Below the pieces are notes generated by a model. It saw only the letters and a list, made by a program, of their open reading frames with translations, was not told the DNA's origin and did no database searches. A stretch of 64,000 bases of DNA. Source: a virus. The stretch is taken from positions 93,926-157,925 of the IMG/VR virus record IMGVR_UViG_3300045971_000149; one strand, given 5' to 3'. The position numbers and the translations under genes were made by a program. Below are positions 10,590 to 22,471 of this stretch, in pieces (the stretch's first letter is position 1; every line of letters begins with the position of its first letter).

Positions 10590-13511
10590 TTGAAACAAGT
10601 TGGTTGTATGTACCAATGATGGCTTACGGCAAAGAACGCCGTAAGTTCATTAAAGATTGGTTTACTGCAAATCCTGAGGGAAGGTACTGTGTTAACACAA
10701 AGTATCGTCCTCAGGTTAAAGAAGATTCTGATTTGAAGAAACTAATCCGTGTTGGATTCCTAAAGCAAAAGCGTATGCACACAAACAGATCACACGCACG
10801 TTCTTATTTGGTGAAAGCATGACTCTGATAGCGACTGCCCGTACTATAATGGCCGATCCTATTAAGTTTACAAACTTAGAGATTCAGGATTTACTGCGCG
10901 ATTTGATTGCAGAAAACGAAAATCTTCGCAGGGCAAATCTTGATTGTTGATCACTATGAAGATGCTGTTGCCGAACTACAACGACTACAAGCAACAGGTG
11001 CGGGAGATACTCCGTGACTGATGACCTATCTCCAGAAGGCATTAACCGTAAGCACGGTAAGCCTACATGGCGATGCTGGGGATGCAAGGCCGAAACGGGA
11101 TTGCACTGGCACTACGGATTATCAGTCGCTATGTGCAACAATCCCGAGTGTGGAAAAGCGTATAATGAAATGTGCAGGCAACAAGAAGAAGCGCAAGCTT
11201 CGTACGAAGCGTATTGCAGAGAGGTGTTCGGTGAATATTGAATTTATTAGAGCAGCGTTAGGTTATCACGACCTAATGTCCTGGTTTGGACAACCTATGT
11301 TATATGATGGTGGGCTGTGTGTTAATCGAACACTTGAAGATCATGTTGAACACAACAAACACCCTAACTCAAGGTTAATGGTATGACACTCGAAGACCTA
11401 CAAAATGAACGTTCGAACTAGAAAACTTGCAGCCAGTGCCGGCATTGATATTAGGCATATTGAAAAACATGCAGATGAAGAGTTTGCTGACAACTTGGAA
11501 AAATTTGCCAAGTTGCTCATTGAAGAATGCATGGGCAAGATGTCCGTGGAGTTTATCGAGCACAGTATGATAGATGTTGCTATTACTAATACTACCGAAT
11601 ACTTTGGAATTGAAGAATGAAAATCGCAGATCCTTACAAAGAATTGAATATCTTAGCATTTCAAGATCCACAGCCCGGAGACTTCTGGTTGGAACGGTGT
11701 TATTGCCCTTACTTTATTATAGTATCTGCGGATCAAAAGAATGATAGCTACACTGTGTTAAGTTGCATGGGTGGCCCAAACTCTTTTAACCGAAAAGAAG
11801 AACTGTACGCCAAGAAAGAAAACAACGACGGCACTTGGGAGTTTGACTACTCTAAGCACATGGTTGTGAATTTTGCCTGGATTAAGAAAGCTGTGAAGTA
11901 TGATTCTATCGACGGCTTTGTAGCAGATGTTACCCGAAGTGAACGCAATAACACTATTGTAAAAGAGTGGACTGAATACCAGACTGATAAGCTTCTAAGA
12001 GAGCTTAAGGCGTTAGGTCCTGTTGCAACTATGCATATGTATAGGACTCTAGGCTATCAAAAGGAAGAAGCATGACACCTACTGAAAAAGAAGCTGCAAT
12101 GATATTGCTCGATAAAGGATGGTCCACTACTGCTGTAGCAATGCAATTTGGCGGCCCTGTTGGCACACTAGAGTACTATCAATGTATAGATGACCTGGGC
12201 TGCGAGCTGCATACTGGCTGTCCTCGCTGCGGCGCAAAGTATTGTTTCGGCACAGGCGATTGTAACTGCGGAGAAGACTAATGGGTGCATTTGACGGATA
12301 CTGGGGCTGGGGCGGCAATAGCAATAGCTTTACCGGTGTTAGCAAGCGAGCAATTTATCCATACTTTAGCAATCAATCATCGTTCGAATTCTTTAAAGGA
12401 TTTGAGATGCCCGAGCTAAAGGCACTGTTAGCAGAAGCAGAGCGAGATGGTGATGACACTATATGGGTCCCGCAAGAACAACCAGGCCAAGGCCGCAAGG
12501 GATTAAAGACTTGGTATGTTAGAGCGTTAATTAAGGAATACGATGACACCGGCACAAATTAACAAGCGGCGCGAACAAATCGAAAAACATCTGAAACGTT
12601 GGCAAGCAGGGCTAGGCGGGTTGCAAGATATGTGTCCTCACTTCAACGCAACACACAAGAACGGCGCAAACACTGGGAATTGGGATAGAAGTGATGACTG
12701 CTATTGGACAGACCACGTCTGTCCTGACTGTGGTAAGCATTGGACAACTGATCAAGATTGGGATAGAAAATGACCGACGAACTTAAAGGCAAAGCATTTG
12801 TTGAACAAGCAAAACAATACGCAAGAGATCGAATGAATCACAGCCTGGTGCCGGAGTTATTTTCTGCCGCCGTTTTCGAACAACGTCTTGTAGAATTAAT
12901 TGTGCGCGATTGTCTAAAGCAACTGGAAACTGGGGATCTAGATTTTGCAATCTGGAAAATAAAGAAAGACTACGGAGTAGAATAATGATCGAAGAATTTC
13001 CAATGGAAGACGATGAGCATGGTGAAAAAATATTTGAACTACAGCAAGAGAACAATAAATTGCGTGGGCAAATTACATACCTACAAGAAGAACTATCTTG
13101 TGTAGAAGATGAGTTAGACAAAGTACGCGATAGTTATGAACGACAAATCGAATCGCTTGAACAACAGCTAGGCGATGCCTTATACGGAAGAGAATAATGA
13201 CACTAGACGAAATGGCAGAAGAAGTACATACTGAAATGCACAAAGGAATGTCAGTTGAAGCTCTCAACGAGTTCTTTATGTCAGGATGGGGCAGCGGCAC
13301 ACTTACTCACTATCATACAGGTTTGGGCCGATATATCCGTAATAAGTATAAGCTGTGGGCTACACATTGGGTGGCAGAGGTAGCAGAGACTGCAAACGGT
13401 GCTGATTGTTCACCTAATCACCCAGATCAGGTAAGTATGACTATAATAAAAGAAATATGGAAGAAAGGCTTCCAACAACATAAACTAGGAGATAGTAAGC
13501 AACGTGGCTAA
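10586..13511 (+). other. Array of small accessory hypothetical ORFs, several with CxxC zinc-binding pairs
   Basis: Tightly packed ORFs, many with overlapping start/stop (10586, 11014, 11405, 11617, 12072, 12281, 12543, 12770, 12985, 13197). Confidence 0.7.
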
Positions 13512-13725
13512 TAAAAGCGATGTCCTTGAATTGGACGGTGTAGTAGAAGAATGCCTCCCGAACGCAATGTTTAGGGTAAGGATAACTGAAAGTCATTTAG
13601 TGACAGCAGTTGTAAGTGGTAGAATGCGCCAGAACCGCATTCAAATCTTGTTAGGCGACAAGGTTAAACTAGAAGTTAGCACGTATGACTTAACAAAGGG
13701 CCGAGTAACTTATCGGTCAAAATAA
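13504..13725 (+). CDS. infA: Translation initiation factor IF-1
   Basis: [18 protein letters not shown]...[17 protein letters not shown]...[11 protein letters not shown]. Confidence 0.95.
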   Translation: MANKSDVLELDGVVEECLPNAMFRVRITESHLVTAVVSGRMRQNRIQILLGDKVKLEVSTYDLTKGRVTYRSK

Positions 13726-13749
13726 AAGGAGCATTTCTGCTCCTTTTTA
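13724..13749. terminator. Bidirectional intrinsic terminator
   Basis: AAAAGGAGCA-TTTC-TGCTCCTTTTT between convergent genes. Confidence 0.8.
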
Positions 13750-14259
13750 TCCCAAATACTGTTCCCAGCTAGGGTATTGAAGATCAAACTTCATCACCTT
13801 TCGCTTTTCTACGAGTTCCCAGTAGGAAGCCTTGTATGGCTTAGCCTTTGGAATAATCTTCTTGTTGTTACCTTTGTTGCTGTTGCAAGGGCCGCAAGAA
13901 GTAGTAGAGTTTTCCCATGTGCTCTTACCGTCGTGACTAACAGGCACAACGTGGTCTAACGTTGCAGTCTTGCGAGTCACTGGTGTGTGGCAGTATTGGC
14001 AAACATATCCGTCACGAAGGAATACGTTTTGCTTACTGTAGCGAACGTATGACTTCTTCTTGTAGTATTTCTTCAGCATGATAACAGAAGGAACACGAGT
14101 TTGCCAGTTTGCACTGTGGACGATCCAGTCTTCGTGCCATTCCAACACGACAACTTTATCCGATACTAGATACTGGATCGCGTCCTGCCATGAGATGGCA
14201 CTAAGTGGCAGTAATGACACTGGGCTTGCGTCTGAATTTAGTAGTAAACAGGCTGACAT
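13747..14259 (-). CDS. HNH endonuclease
   Basis: RDGYVCQYC...TLDHVVP...WEN...CGPCNSNKG. Confidence 0.92.
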   Translation of the reverse strand: MSACLLLNSDASPVSLLPLSAISWQDAIQYLVSDKVVVLEWHEDWIVHSANWQTRVPSVIMLKKYYKKKSYVRYSKQNVFLRDGYVCQYCHTPVTRKTATLDHVVPVSHDGKSTWENSTTSCGPCNSNKGNNKKIIPKAKPYKASYWELVEKRKVMKFDLQYPSWEQYLG

Positions 14260-14317
14260 GATTTCTCTCTTTTTCTATATTTATAGTTGCATAGATACAA
14301 TTATTATACTATAATTA

Positions 14318-15130
14318 ATGTATATGAGCAAGCTTTTAATTACGGGGAACCGGGGGTGGATTGGTAAAAACTTTACCAAACTGTTAGATATTTACAACAT
14401 TCCGTGGGCAGGAGTTGATAGACTGGACGGACATTGGCTTGGGCCAAGTATGAAGGATATTTTGGAGGTAATCGATGAATGTGACATTGTAGTGCATCTT
14501 GCAGCGACTCCTAGAATACCCGCAAGTTGGACTGATTCTAATAGATACCGTGACAATAATGTAGGCGTTACGGATCAACTTGCTCGCATCTGTGCAGAGC
14601 ATCAAAAGCATTTAGTGTTTGCAAGCTCAAGCAGTGTATACGGAGACGGAGAAGGACCACTTAACCCGTACTCTTGGACTAAATTAGCATGCGAGGAAAG
14701 CATCAAAATGCATTCTCGAGGTATGGGCATGCAATACACTATCTTACGTATCTTTACAAACTACGGTGAGGACGATCCTAGCGGGCTTGTTATCAATCGC
14801 TGGATCAATGCATACAAGGGCGGCACTCCTTTACTTCTACGAGGTGATGGTAGCCAAAGTAGAGATTTTATACATGTTAGTGATACTGCTCGTGCATTAA
14901 TGGAAGTATGCATACAACGTCCAATAAATGTTACATTAGATATTGGAACAGGAAAGTCACACTCTTTAAAGAATCTAATTAGCATGTTTCCGTGTGATTA
15001 CACTACTGAACCCGAGTTGCCAGGATATGCACATTCAACAAAAGCTAATTTAGAATACACCCAATCTCATATGGTATGGTCCCCTATCACCCATATAGAT
15101 CATTGGTTATCCTCTCAAATAGTAACATAG
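14318..15130 (+). CDS. NAD-dependent epimerase/dehydratase
   Basis: ITGNRGWIG, HLAA, ASSSSVYG, YSWTK (YxxxK) and RDFIHV. Confidence 0.9.
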   Translation: MYMSKLLITGNRGWIGKNFTKLLDIYNIPWAGVDRLDGHWLGPSMKDILEVIDECDIVVHLAATPRIPASWTDSNRYRDNNVGVTDQLARICAEHQKHLVFASSSSVYGDGEGPLNPYSWTKLACEESIKMHSRGMGMQYTILRIFTNYGEDDPSGLVINRWINAYKGGTPLLLRGDGSQSRDFIHVSDTARALMEVCIQRPINVTLDIGTGKSHSLKNLISMFPCDYTTEPELPGYAHSTKANLEYTQSHMVWSPITHIDHWLSSQIVT

Positions 15131-15161
15131 ATTCAACTGTGCTATTTCTATAAATAGCACT

Positions 15162-15392
15162 ATGCTCCCAGAAAAACCCTTATTAAAAGAAGTCGCACTA
15201 GACGCAAAAGCGATAAAAACCTCACGATCTGAAGAAATACAGATCGAGCGTCCCGATACTAGTATGACATTCATACGTAACTTTATCTTAGGTATTCCGT
15301 TCCAAGAAGTTCGAGAAACGGCAGAGCCTGAACAGGTGTTACCAGAGCAACACGATCTAGATCATATTAAAAAACTAGCAGGAATTAGATAA
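15162..15392 (+). CDS. Hypothetical late protein
   Basis: TATAAATA just upstream; C-terminal IKKLAGI. Confidence 0.6.
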   Translation: MLPEKPLLKEVALDAKAIKTSRSEEIQIERPDTSMTFIRNFILGIPFQEVRETAEPEQVLPEQHDLDHIKKLAGIR

Positions 15393-16510
15393 TGTCCATT
15401 AACTATGTAAACACCGGAACAAGCCCGAACAAAGGGAATGGCGACACATTAAGAACTGCATTTAATAAAATAAATGCAAACTTTAGTTTCCTAAATACCG
15501 TAACTTCTGCGGATATTTCGTCGATAAAAGGAGATATCCTTCCAAATCTAGATGTAACTTATAGCCTGGGATCTCTTACTAAACACTGGAAGAGTCTGTA
15601 TGTTAACACTGCTACCTTTAATACAGTATATGCTAATAGTGCTTCTATTAACTCTATTGTAATCAGTGGCTTTCCTTTAACTATAGATACCGCAAGTAAT
15701 ACAATAGTAATCGGCTCGATAACTTCGTCGACAACAAGTACTAGCCTTGCTACTCAAAGTTATGTTATAGAACAAATTTTAGCGAATCCAGGAACAATAG
15801 GTCCTGTGGGGCCGCAAGGTCCTGCAGTCAGTACAGGACTACTTGTATTTGATGCCAGCGTAGGAATTGTTGGGGGGAATAACTTAGATCCTGCGTATCC
15901 GTATAATCTTATTCAATTAATTCCGAATAATGGTGTGTACGATATTAATAATCCGGTATTCGGTGGCAGCTTCCAGCAATCGGGTCAATTCTTAAATATC
16001 TATCCAGATACTGCAAATGCATTAGATCCTCGTATTCATATAGCAGCAGGTATAGGGGGCGATTTAGCAATAGGTACCACACAAACAAATGTCCTAGTTA
16101 ATCATCTAGGCAATATAAGTATCACTTCAATTAATCCTACAACAGGTACACACCATACTTGGAATTTTGGTGTGGACGGTAGTTTAATTTTACCTATAGG
16201 CGGCACAATTACTGATAGCAGCGGAACAAATATACTGGCTAGCTATGTATTCGGTACTCCGTGGGCTCAGGCAGGGTACTTAACATCGAGCACGGTAAAT
16301 CAATATGTAGTACATGCTACTACATCGACATTAGTTAACGGCACCTATACCATCGCACTTAACACAATCGGTGAATTGGTATTCCCAGATGGTACGATAC
16401 AAACTACAGCAAGCACAGGAACACAAACTGTAAATCTTGCAGTATTAAAGGCAGTAGTAGCAGCAAGCGTGTCGTTTGCGGATTTCCAAACATTGATAGC
16501 CAATCTATAA
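15392..16510 (+). CDS. Tail fibre / baseplate-associated protein
   Basis: N-terminal GTSPNKGNGDTLRTAFNKINANF motif, short collagen-like GPxGP stretch and LVFPDGT. Confidence 0.7.
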   Translation: MSINYVNTGTSPNKGNGDTLRTAFNKINANFSFLNTVTSADISSIKGDILPNLDVTYSLGSLTKHWKSLYVNTATFNTVYANSASINSIVISGFPLTIDTASNTIVIGSITSSTTSTSLATQSYVIEQILANPGTIGPVGPQGPAVSTGLLVFDASVGIVGGNNLDPAYPYNLIQLIPNNGVYDINNPVFGGSFQQSGQFLNIYPDTANALDPRIHIAAGIGGDLAIGTTQTNVLVNHLGNISITSINPTTGTHHTWNFGVDGSLILPIGGTITDSSGTNILASYVFGTPWAQAGYLTSSTVNQYVVHATTSTLVNGTYTIALNTIGELVFPDGTIQTTASTGTQTVNLAVLKAVVAASVSFADFQTLIANL

Positions 16511-16555
16511 ATAACAAAGTATAAGAACAATACAGGTCTTATCTAAAAGGAAAAT

Positions 16556-16873
16556 ATGTTAACAAAAACAATCGGAACTTCAACAGTTCTAACAATGAGC
16601 GGAACTGCTCAAACAGTAAATCCAGTTACTAACGAAATTGGTACCTACAACGGGTTATTATACCAAAGATTACCAGCAGTCAAGGTTAGAATTGCTACAA
16701 ACACTCAACCGGCGTTTGTTACTTTTGGAGTTGTTGCCACCGCAGGAACCGGAGTATTGATACCTGCAAATACATCAGAGCATTTTAAGCTAGATGCAGG
16801 CACACTTACTAACTATGTAAGCGTTCTTCAGGCAGGCACTGGTGGAATAATTTCTATTACACCAGTAGCATAA
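16556..16873 (+). CDS. Small putative structural protein
   Basis: Thr-rich, beta-type 105 aa; late motif and AAGGA RBS. Confidence 0.55.
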   Translation: MLTKTIGTSTVLTMSGTAQTVNPVTNEIGTYNGLLYQRLPAVKVRIATNTQPAFVTFGVVATAGTGVLIPANTSEHFKLDAGTLTNYVSVLQAGTGGIISITPVA

Positions 16874-16881
16874 GGATCACT

Positions 16882-17286
16882 ATGCGATCTCGTGAATTTA
16901 CAATTAATATTCCGATCAACATTAGGATTAATGGTGACGGCGAACCTGTAATTGATATGGGGCAAGGACAAAAATCAGACGATACTCCTGCTCTAAATCA
17001 AAATCCAGTCATGGTGCCGCCTCTACAACAAGATATTGAATTAAAGAAGGCTGAACTAGGCAAAGAAAGTCCAGTGATCGATAAATTAATCCAAAATAGT
17101 CCCGAAGTAGGTAACGAGCCTGCGCCGGGATATCCTAACACACGCCCACCAGAACAGCAACAAACTATCCCTATTAGTAATGTAGCTAATAAAGTATTGC
17201 AAAATATTCCAAGACTTCGCCAAAGACCAGATGATGGATTGAATAGTGAATTAGCCCGTATTAAACAACTAATACAGAGAAAATAA
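16882..17286 (+). CDS. Hypothetical protein (PPLQ..IEL.K family)
   Basis: Shares VPPLQxxIELxK with 22472..22777. Confidence 0.65.
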   Translation: MRSREFTINIPINIRINGDGEPVIDMGQGQKSDDTPALNQNPVMVPPLQQDIELKKAELGKESPVIDKLIQNSPEVGNEPAPGYPNTRPPEQQQTIPISNVANKVLQNIPRLRQRPDDGLNSELARIKQLIQRK

Positions 17287-17287
17287 T

Positions 17288-17620
17288 ATGACTGTTCGTA
17301 AGATACAGTCCGGTCGCGTTGTAACGCTGACTGCCGAGCAATTTATCGGCGAGAAAGGCACGATTTTTTACAACGAAGATACCGGCAATCTACGAATGAG
17401 TGACGGATTAACAGTCGGCGGAGTCCCGATTGTTGGGCTAGCAGGTAGCCCAGGACCAAAGGGAGATACCGGAACCCAGATAAATAGACTTATAGATATT
17501 CCGGATGTAAACAGTGCAGATTTGCAAGCAGGCTCGATACTAGTGTACGATGGAGCGAGTCAATGGGTGACAACCTTAACTATACCAGCACAAAGTAATA
17601 TTGATGCAGGCGAATTTTAA
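17288..17620 (+). CDS. Short fibre-like protein
   Basis: FIGEKGTIFYNEDTGNLRMSDGLTVGG head motif plus collagen-like GSPGPKGDTG. Confidence 0.65.
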   Translation: MTVRKIQSGRVVTLTAEQFIGEKGTIFYNEDTGNLRMSDGLTVGGVPIVGLAGSPGPKGDTGTQINRLIDIPDVNSADLQAGSILVYDGASQWVTTLTIPAQSNIDAGEF

Positions 17621-17635
17621 TAGATATATAATAAC

Positions 17636-19963
17636 ATGACAACAATTAGAATTAAACGATCGGCCGTTACAGGCAATCCAGGTACGCTTGCTAATGGTGA
17701 ATTAGCATATTCGGGCTTAACGAATAATGGCGCAAACGGTGGTGATAGATTATACATTGGTTTTGGAACTGAAACTACTGGTAATGCTGCAAACCACTAT
17801 ATAATCGGTGGTAAGTATTACACAGACTTAATGGCTGGGACTGCCGGTACGCTAGTTACAAATGCGACAAGCGTTCCTATTCTAAGTGCAACTGGTACAA
17901 TCGATAAGTGGTTAGTTGGTAACTTACAACTAACTGGCAATACAATTAGCTCAACAGCTACTAATGGTAACATAGTATTGAGCCCGAATGGCACAGGCTT
18001 AATAAGTATCAACAACTTATACACATTGCCTGCTGTAGTAGGTACCGCCGGATATGTTTTAACAACAAACGGTGCAGGTGCAACTTCGTGGGCACCGGGT
18101 GCGGCAAGTTTATTATTCCAGGGTAATAATACACTTAACACCGGAACAATTAATCTATTAACACAAACATTAAGTATTGTCGGTGGAACAAACGTTGTTA
18201 CTACTTCAAGTGGACAAACACTTACCGTTTCGGTAGCGACTGCAACTAACACAGTATTAGGTGTTGCATCTTTTGCGTCTGCAAACTTTACAGTGAGTAA
18301 CGGTGCAGTTAGTATCACAAATGGTACTATTTCTAATGCACAGCTTGCAAACTCGAGCGTTACAATTAACGGCGTTAACGTTGCATTGGGTGCAAGTGTT
18401 AATGTTGCAACTACTCAAACATTAACAATTGGTACTGGCTTAACAGGTAGCACCTTTAATGGATCTACTGCAACTACTATTAGCATCGATGGTACTGTTG
18501 CTACAACTAGCACTGCACAGACATTTACCAACAAGACGATATCCGGTGCTTCTAACACATTCAGTAACATTCCTAACAGTGCGTTAACTAGCAGCACAAT
18601 TAGCGGAGTTGCACTAGGTGGAACACTAAATGCGTTAACAATCGGAACTGGTTTAAGTGGCGCAAGCTACACCGGCGCTGCTGGAGTAACAATTGCAATT
18701 GATAATACCGTTGCAACTACAAGTACTGCACAAGTTATTACCAACAAGACAATCGCTGCCGGTTCAAATACTATCAGTGGGTTAACAAATGCAAACTTGA
18801 GCGGTACTGCTGGTATCACAAATGCTAACTTAGCTAACAGCACCGTTACTATTGGTACTACACAACTTGCATTAGGTGCAAGTTCTACAACACTTGCTGG
18901 ATTAACTCAAGTCGATATTGGTAACTTGCGAGTAACTGGTAACACTATTAGTTCAACAAATACTAATGGTAACATTATCCTTGCACCTAACGGTACTGGC
19001 ACAGTTGATTTCAACGCCGCAAGACTTACAAGCGTTGCAACACCGACTACTTCAACAGATGCTGCTAATAAGTCGTATGTTGATTCAGTAGCAACTGGTT
19101 TGACAGTAAAGTCAGCGGTTGTAGCTGCTACTACAGCGGCATTAAGTGCTACTTACGCAAACGGTACAGCCGGCGTTGGCGCAACACTTACTGCATCGTC
19201 CCCAGTAACTTTACCAACAATAGATGGATACACTGCATCAATTGGTGATAGAATCTTAGTTAAAAATCAAGCTTCTTCTATCCAAAACGGTATATATGCA
19301 GTTACGTCAGTTGGTAGTCCATGGGTGCTAACTCGTACTACAGACTATGATAATAGTCCAGTAGGAGAAGCAACTGCTGGTACATTCTTATTCGTGGAAG
19401 CAGGTACAACTCAGGCTTCCACAGGTTGGGTAGAATCTGCTTTAGGAACAGGTGTAGGATTATCACTTGTATTTGGTACAGATGCTGTTACATTTACACA
19501 GTTCTCCGGTGCTGGGTCGTACCTAGCAGGCAACGGGTTAACCCTAACCGGTAATACATTTGCTGCAACCGGAACAAACGGTATTACCGTTGGAACATCT
19601 ATCCAGTTGGCATCTACTGTTGCAGGTGCTGGTTTAAATTATGCAGCCGGCGTATTAAGCGTTGGTGGTACTGCTGGTAGAATTACAGTTGCTGGAACAA
19701 CAGTAGATATTGCCGCAACTTATGTCGGTCAAACAAGTATCACTACAGTAGGAACAGTTGCAGTAGGTACTTGGACAGCAACTACAATTGCTGCACAATA
19801 CGGTGGAACTGGTGTAACTAGCTATGCTGCTTACGATTTACTTTACGGTACAGTAAGTGGTCCATTAGGTAAATTAGCAATGGGAACTGCTGGTCAGATT
19901 CTTCAAGTTAACACTACCAGTAACGCGCTCGTTTATGGCGACATTGATGGCGGAACGTACTAA
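17636..19963 (+). CDS. Long tail fibre-like protein
   Basis: 775 aa, T/G/A/S-rich, IRIKRS...LANGELAY N-terminus, DAANKSYVD, GDRILVKNQ...NGIY, ends DGGTY. Confidence 0.8.
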   Translation: MTTIRIKRSAVTGNPGTLANGELAYSGLTNNGANGGDRLYIGFGTETTGNAANHYIIGGKYYTDLMAGTAGTLVTNATSVPILSATGTIDKWLVGNLQLTGNTISSTATNGNIVLSPNGTGLISINNLYTLPAVVGTAGYVLTTNGAGATSWAPGAASLLFQGNNTLNTGTINLLTQTLSIVGGTNVVTTSSGQTLTVSVATATNTVLGVASFASANFTVSNGAVSITNGTISNAQLANSSVTINGVNVALGASVNVATTQTLTIGTGLTGSTFNGSTATTISIDGTVATTSTAQTFTNKTISGASNTFSNIPNSALTSSTISGVALGGTLNALTIGTGLSGASYTGAAGVTIAIDNTVATTSTAQVITNKTIAAGSNTISGLTNANLSGTAGITNANLANSTVTIGTTQLALGASSTTLAGLTQVDIGNLRVTGNTISSTNTNGNIILAPNGTGTVDFNAARLTSVATPTTSTDAANKSYVDSVATGLTVKSAVVAATTAALSATYANGTAGVGATLTASSPVTLPTIDGYTASIGDRILVKNQASSIQNGIYAVTSVGSPWVLTRTTDYDNSPVGEATAGTFLFVEAGTTQASTGWVESALGTGVGLSLVFGTDAVTFTQFSGAGSYLAGNGLTLTGNTFAATGTNGITVGTSIQLASTVAGAGLNYAAGVLSVGGTAGRITVAGTTVDIAATYVGQTSITTVGTVAVGTWTATTIAAQYGGTGVTSYAAYDLLYGTVSGPLGKLAMGTAGQILQVNTTSNALVYGDIDGGTY

Positions 19964-20025
19964 GTAATAGTAATATAGAAGTACACGGGGATTTTTATCC
20001 CCGTTATTCCTTTTTAGGAAATTAA

Positions 20026-21075
20026 ATGTCAGTTATTAAATTCAAGCGGTCTTCCGTTTCTGGAAAGATCCCCTTATCGACCGACTTAGCATATGGCGAA
20101 ATGGCCCTAAACTATGCTGATGGCGCGATTTATTATAAAAATACAGCAAGTCAAGTTGTAAGTTTAGGTGGAATAGCCGGCCCTGCTCATGTATGGACCA
20201 CCGCCACTTTATACGCATTAAGCTCATTAACAAACGACGTAGGATACCTCACTTCAGCGGTATTAGCATCATACGGTGTAAGCACAATAACCGCAGGAAC
20301 AGATACTGCAATTTCAACAGCATCAGGTAATGTAACTGTTTGGAACACTTCAAATTTACAATCTATTACAAATAGAGGATCAGTAACTACAAACACAATT
20401 ACTGCTCCGACTTTTATTGGAAATTTAACAGGTACATCAACATATGCATCGTATGCATATAGTTTTAACACCGGGACATTAGTTGCAAATGCAGACGTTG
20501 CTAACAAAATTGGACTAAATTCCTCTACAGATATCACTGTTCGTTCGAGCCTAATTCCAGATACCAACATTAGTTACGACCTAGGCTCTGCCACTAACAG
20601 ATTTAGAACGTTGTACATATCAAGCGGCACAATTGATATTGGTGGTGTTTTAATATCAGTTCTTCCTAATTCTAAATTATCAGTTGGTGGATTTGAATTA
20701 GTGAGTACTGCAACTATAGTGTCAACTGCGACATCTTCTGCTATTGCATACTCACTTGCTAATACATCAACTACACAAGTTGGTTACGCAACAACAACAT
20801 CGTATGCATTATCTTTTAACACAAGCACACTAGTAACTAATGCAGTTAATGCAACTACTTCAACTTATGCAGCAATTGCGTATTCGATTGCTAATACGTC
20901 AACGCTACAGGTAGGATATGCAGTTGATGCAACCACCTCAACTTATGCAGCAATTGCGTATTCGATTGCTAATACATCAACACTACTAGTTGGGTATGCA
21001 GTTACCGCTACTAGTATTGTAGGAGGAGCACTGAATCCGACTACTGCTTACTTACAGAATTTATTTTATTTTTAA
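20026..21075 (+). CDS. Tail fibre-like protein with internal repeats
   Basis: IKFKRS...LAYGEMALN N-terminus, YDLGSATNRFRTLY and repeated AxxAYSIANTST units. Confidence 0.7.
   Translation: MSVIKFKRSSVSGKIPLSTDLAYGEMALNYADGAIYYKNTASQVVSLGGIAGPAHVWTTATLYALSSLTNDVGYLTSAVLASYGVSTITAGTDTAISTASGNVTVWNTSNLQSITNRGSVTTNTITAPTFIGNLTGTSTYASYAYSFNTGTLVANADVANKIGLNSSTDITVRSSLIPDTNISYDLGSATNRFRTLYISSGTIDIGGVLISVLPNSKLSVGGFELVSTATIVSTATSSAIAYSLANTSTTQVGYATTTSYALSFNTSTLVTNAVNATTSTYAAIAYSIANTSTLQVGYAVDATTSTYAAIAYSIANTSTLLVGYAVTATSIVGGALNPTTAYLQNLFYF
20851..21003 (+). repeat. 78-bp tandem coding repeat (2 close copies, more degenerate copies upstream)
   Basis: TCAACTTATGCAGCAATTGCGTATTCGATTGCTAATAC recurs at a 78-nt offset. 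Confidence 0.85.
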
Positions 21076-21084
21076 GAGAATCAC

Positions 21085-22446
21085 ATGCTATTATTAACTA
21101 CAACATTGGATAAGATCCAACTGATTACCGGCACAGCAGGTAATGTTGACATATACTCTACATGGGTAGACAATTCAACTACTTCAGTAATTGCCGGCCG
21201 CACGGTAACACCAGTTGTCACAGGTGCAGTAACTACTGATATCATTCCCGCACCAGCAGCAAGCACTCAACGAAATGTTAAGTCTATTATTGTGTATAAT
21301 GGAGGAGCAACAAATGCAATGCAGATTCAACACACTGACGGCACAAATGTTTCTACATTATGGTCCGGAACATTGCTCCAGTTTGAAAGTATTGTATATG
21401 AAGGAGATAATTTTACACGGTTGAATAGTGCAGGAACTCCTGTTACTCAAGGCTATTCAACTCCTAGAGATATTCAAATATACTCTACAGCCGGTGCATC
21501 TACATGGAACAAACCTACAACATTTACTCCATCTGTTGTGCATGTTAAGGTATGGGGTGCCGGCGGTGGCGGCGGCGGTGGCTCTTCTTTAGGCACTGCA
21601 ATTGCAAGCCATGGCGGTGGCGGTGGCGGAGGTGGAGCATTTGCAAGAGAAACATTTAACGCAGCCGATTTACCTGCATCAGTTACGGTAACTGTGGGGC
21701 AAGGTGGTGCTGCGGGCACAGCAGGTGCTACAGGTACCGCAGGCGGTGCAGGCGGCATTGGCGGTAGTAGCTCATTTGGTGCATATACAATTTCTTATGG
21801 TGGCGGTGGAGGCGGACCTGGGGCAATTACTGCGGCAGCTTGTGGTGGAGGTGGCGGTGGAGGCACAGCAACAGCAGGAACAAGTGGGTCAACTACCGCT
21901 GGAGTAGGCGGATTTCCGGGAACTGCGGTGGCTACGGGAGCTGCTGGTGGTACAGGAGCAACAAGTGTTGTTACCGCAACTGCGAATGCTGTTAACGCTA
22001 CAACATGTTCTGAATTTGGAGGAGCAGGTGGTGCAGGACAACCGGCAACTTCGGCAGGTGGTGCATTTGCCGGATCATCATTATATGGTGGCGGTGGAGG
22101 CGGCTCAGGCGGATGTCACTCGGCAGTTCCGGCAGCCCTAGCGGCAGGCGACGGAGGCGGGTCGGGTAAGTATTCAACCGGGGGCGGTGGCGTTGCCGGC
22201 ACTAACGGATTAGCCGCAGCAAACGGCGGCGCAGGCGGTGCAGGAGCAAACGGTAACTCAACTACAGGCGGCTCAGGCGGCGGCGGCGGCGGCGCAACTA
22301 CACTATCGGGCGGAACTGGTGGCGCTGGAGGAGCAGGCGGATTTGGAGGCGGTGCCGGTGGTGGCGGGGGTGCAGCCTTTAACCCAGGAACTGGCGGAGT
22401 TGGTGGGTTAGGCGGTGCCGGTTTAGTTATTGTAATGACTTGGTAA
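21085..22446 (+). CDS. Glycine-rich tail-fibre-associated protein
   Basis: VKVWGAGGGGG...GGGGG runs; ends GLVIVMTW. Confidence 0.75.
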   Translation: MLLLTTTLDKIQLITGTAGNVDIYSTWVDNSTTSVIAGRTVTPVVTGAVTTDIIPAPAASTQRNVKSIIVYNGGATNAMQIQHTDGTNVSTLWSGTLLQFESIVYEGDNFTRLNSAGTPVTQGYSTPRDIQIYSTAGASTWNKPTTFTPSVVHVKVWGAGGGGGGGSSLGTAIASHGGGGGGGGAFARETFNAADLPASVTVTVGQGGAAGTAGATGTAGGAGGIGGSSSFGAYTISYGGGGGGPGAITAAACGGGGGGGTATAGTSGSTTAGVGGFPGTAVATGAAGGTGATSVVTATANAVNATTCSEFGGAGGAGQPATSAGGAFAGSSLYGGGGGGSGGCHSAVPAALAAGDGGGSGKYSTGGGGVAGTNGLAAANGGAGGAGANGNSTTGGSGGGGGGATTLSGGTGGAGGAGGFGGGAGGGGGAAFNPGTGGVGGLGGAGLVIVMTW

Positions 22447-22471
22447 ATATACATAACAGATCAGGAATTAT

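Noticed and set aside
20851-21003. Diversity-generating retroelement template/variable repeat pair
   Set aside because: The copies are tandem and in frame, the differences are not adenine-specific, and no reverse transcriptase is present in the window.
21474-22454. Pro-rich minus-strand ORFs
   Set aside because: Antisense shadows of the glycine-rich gene.
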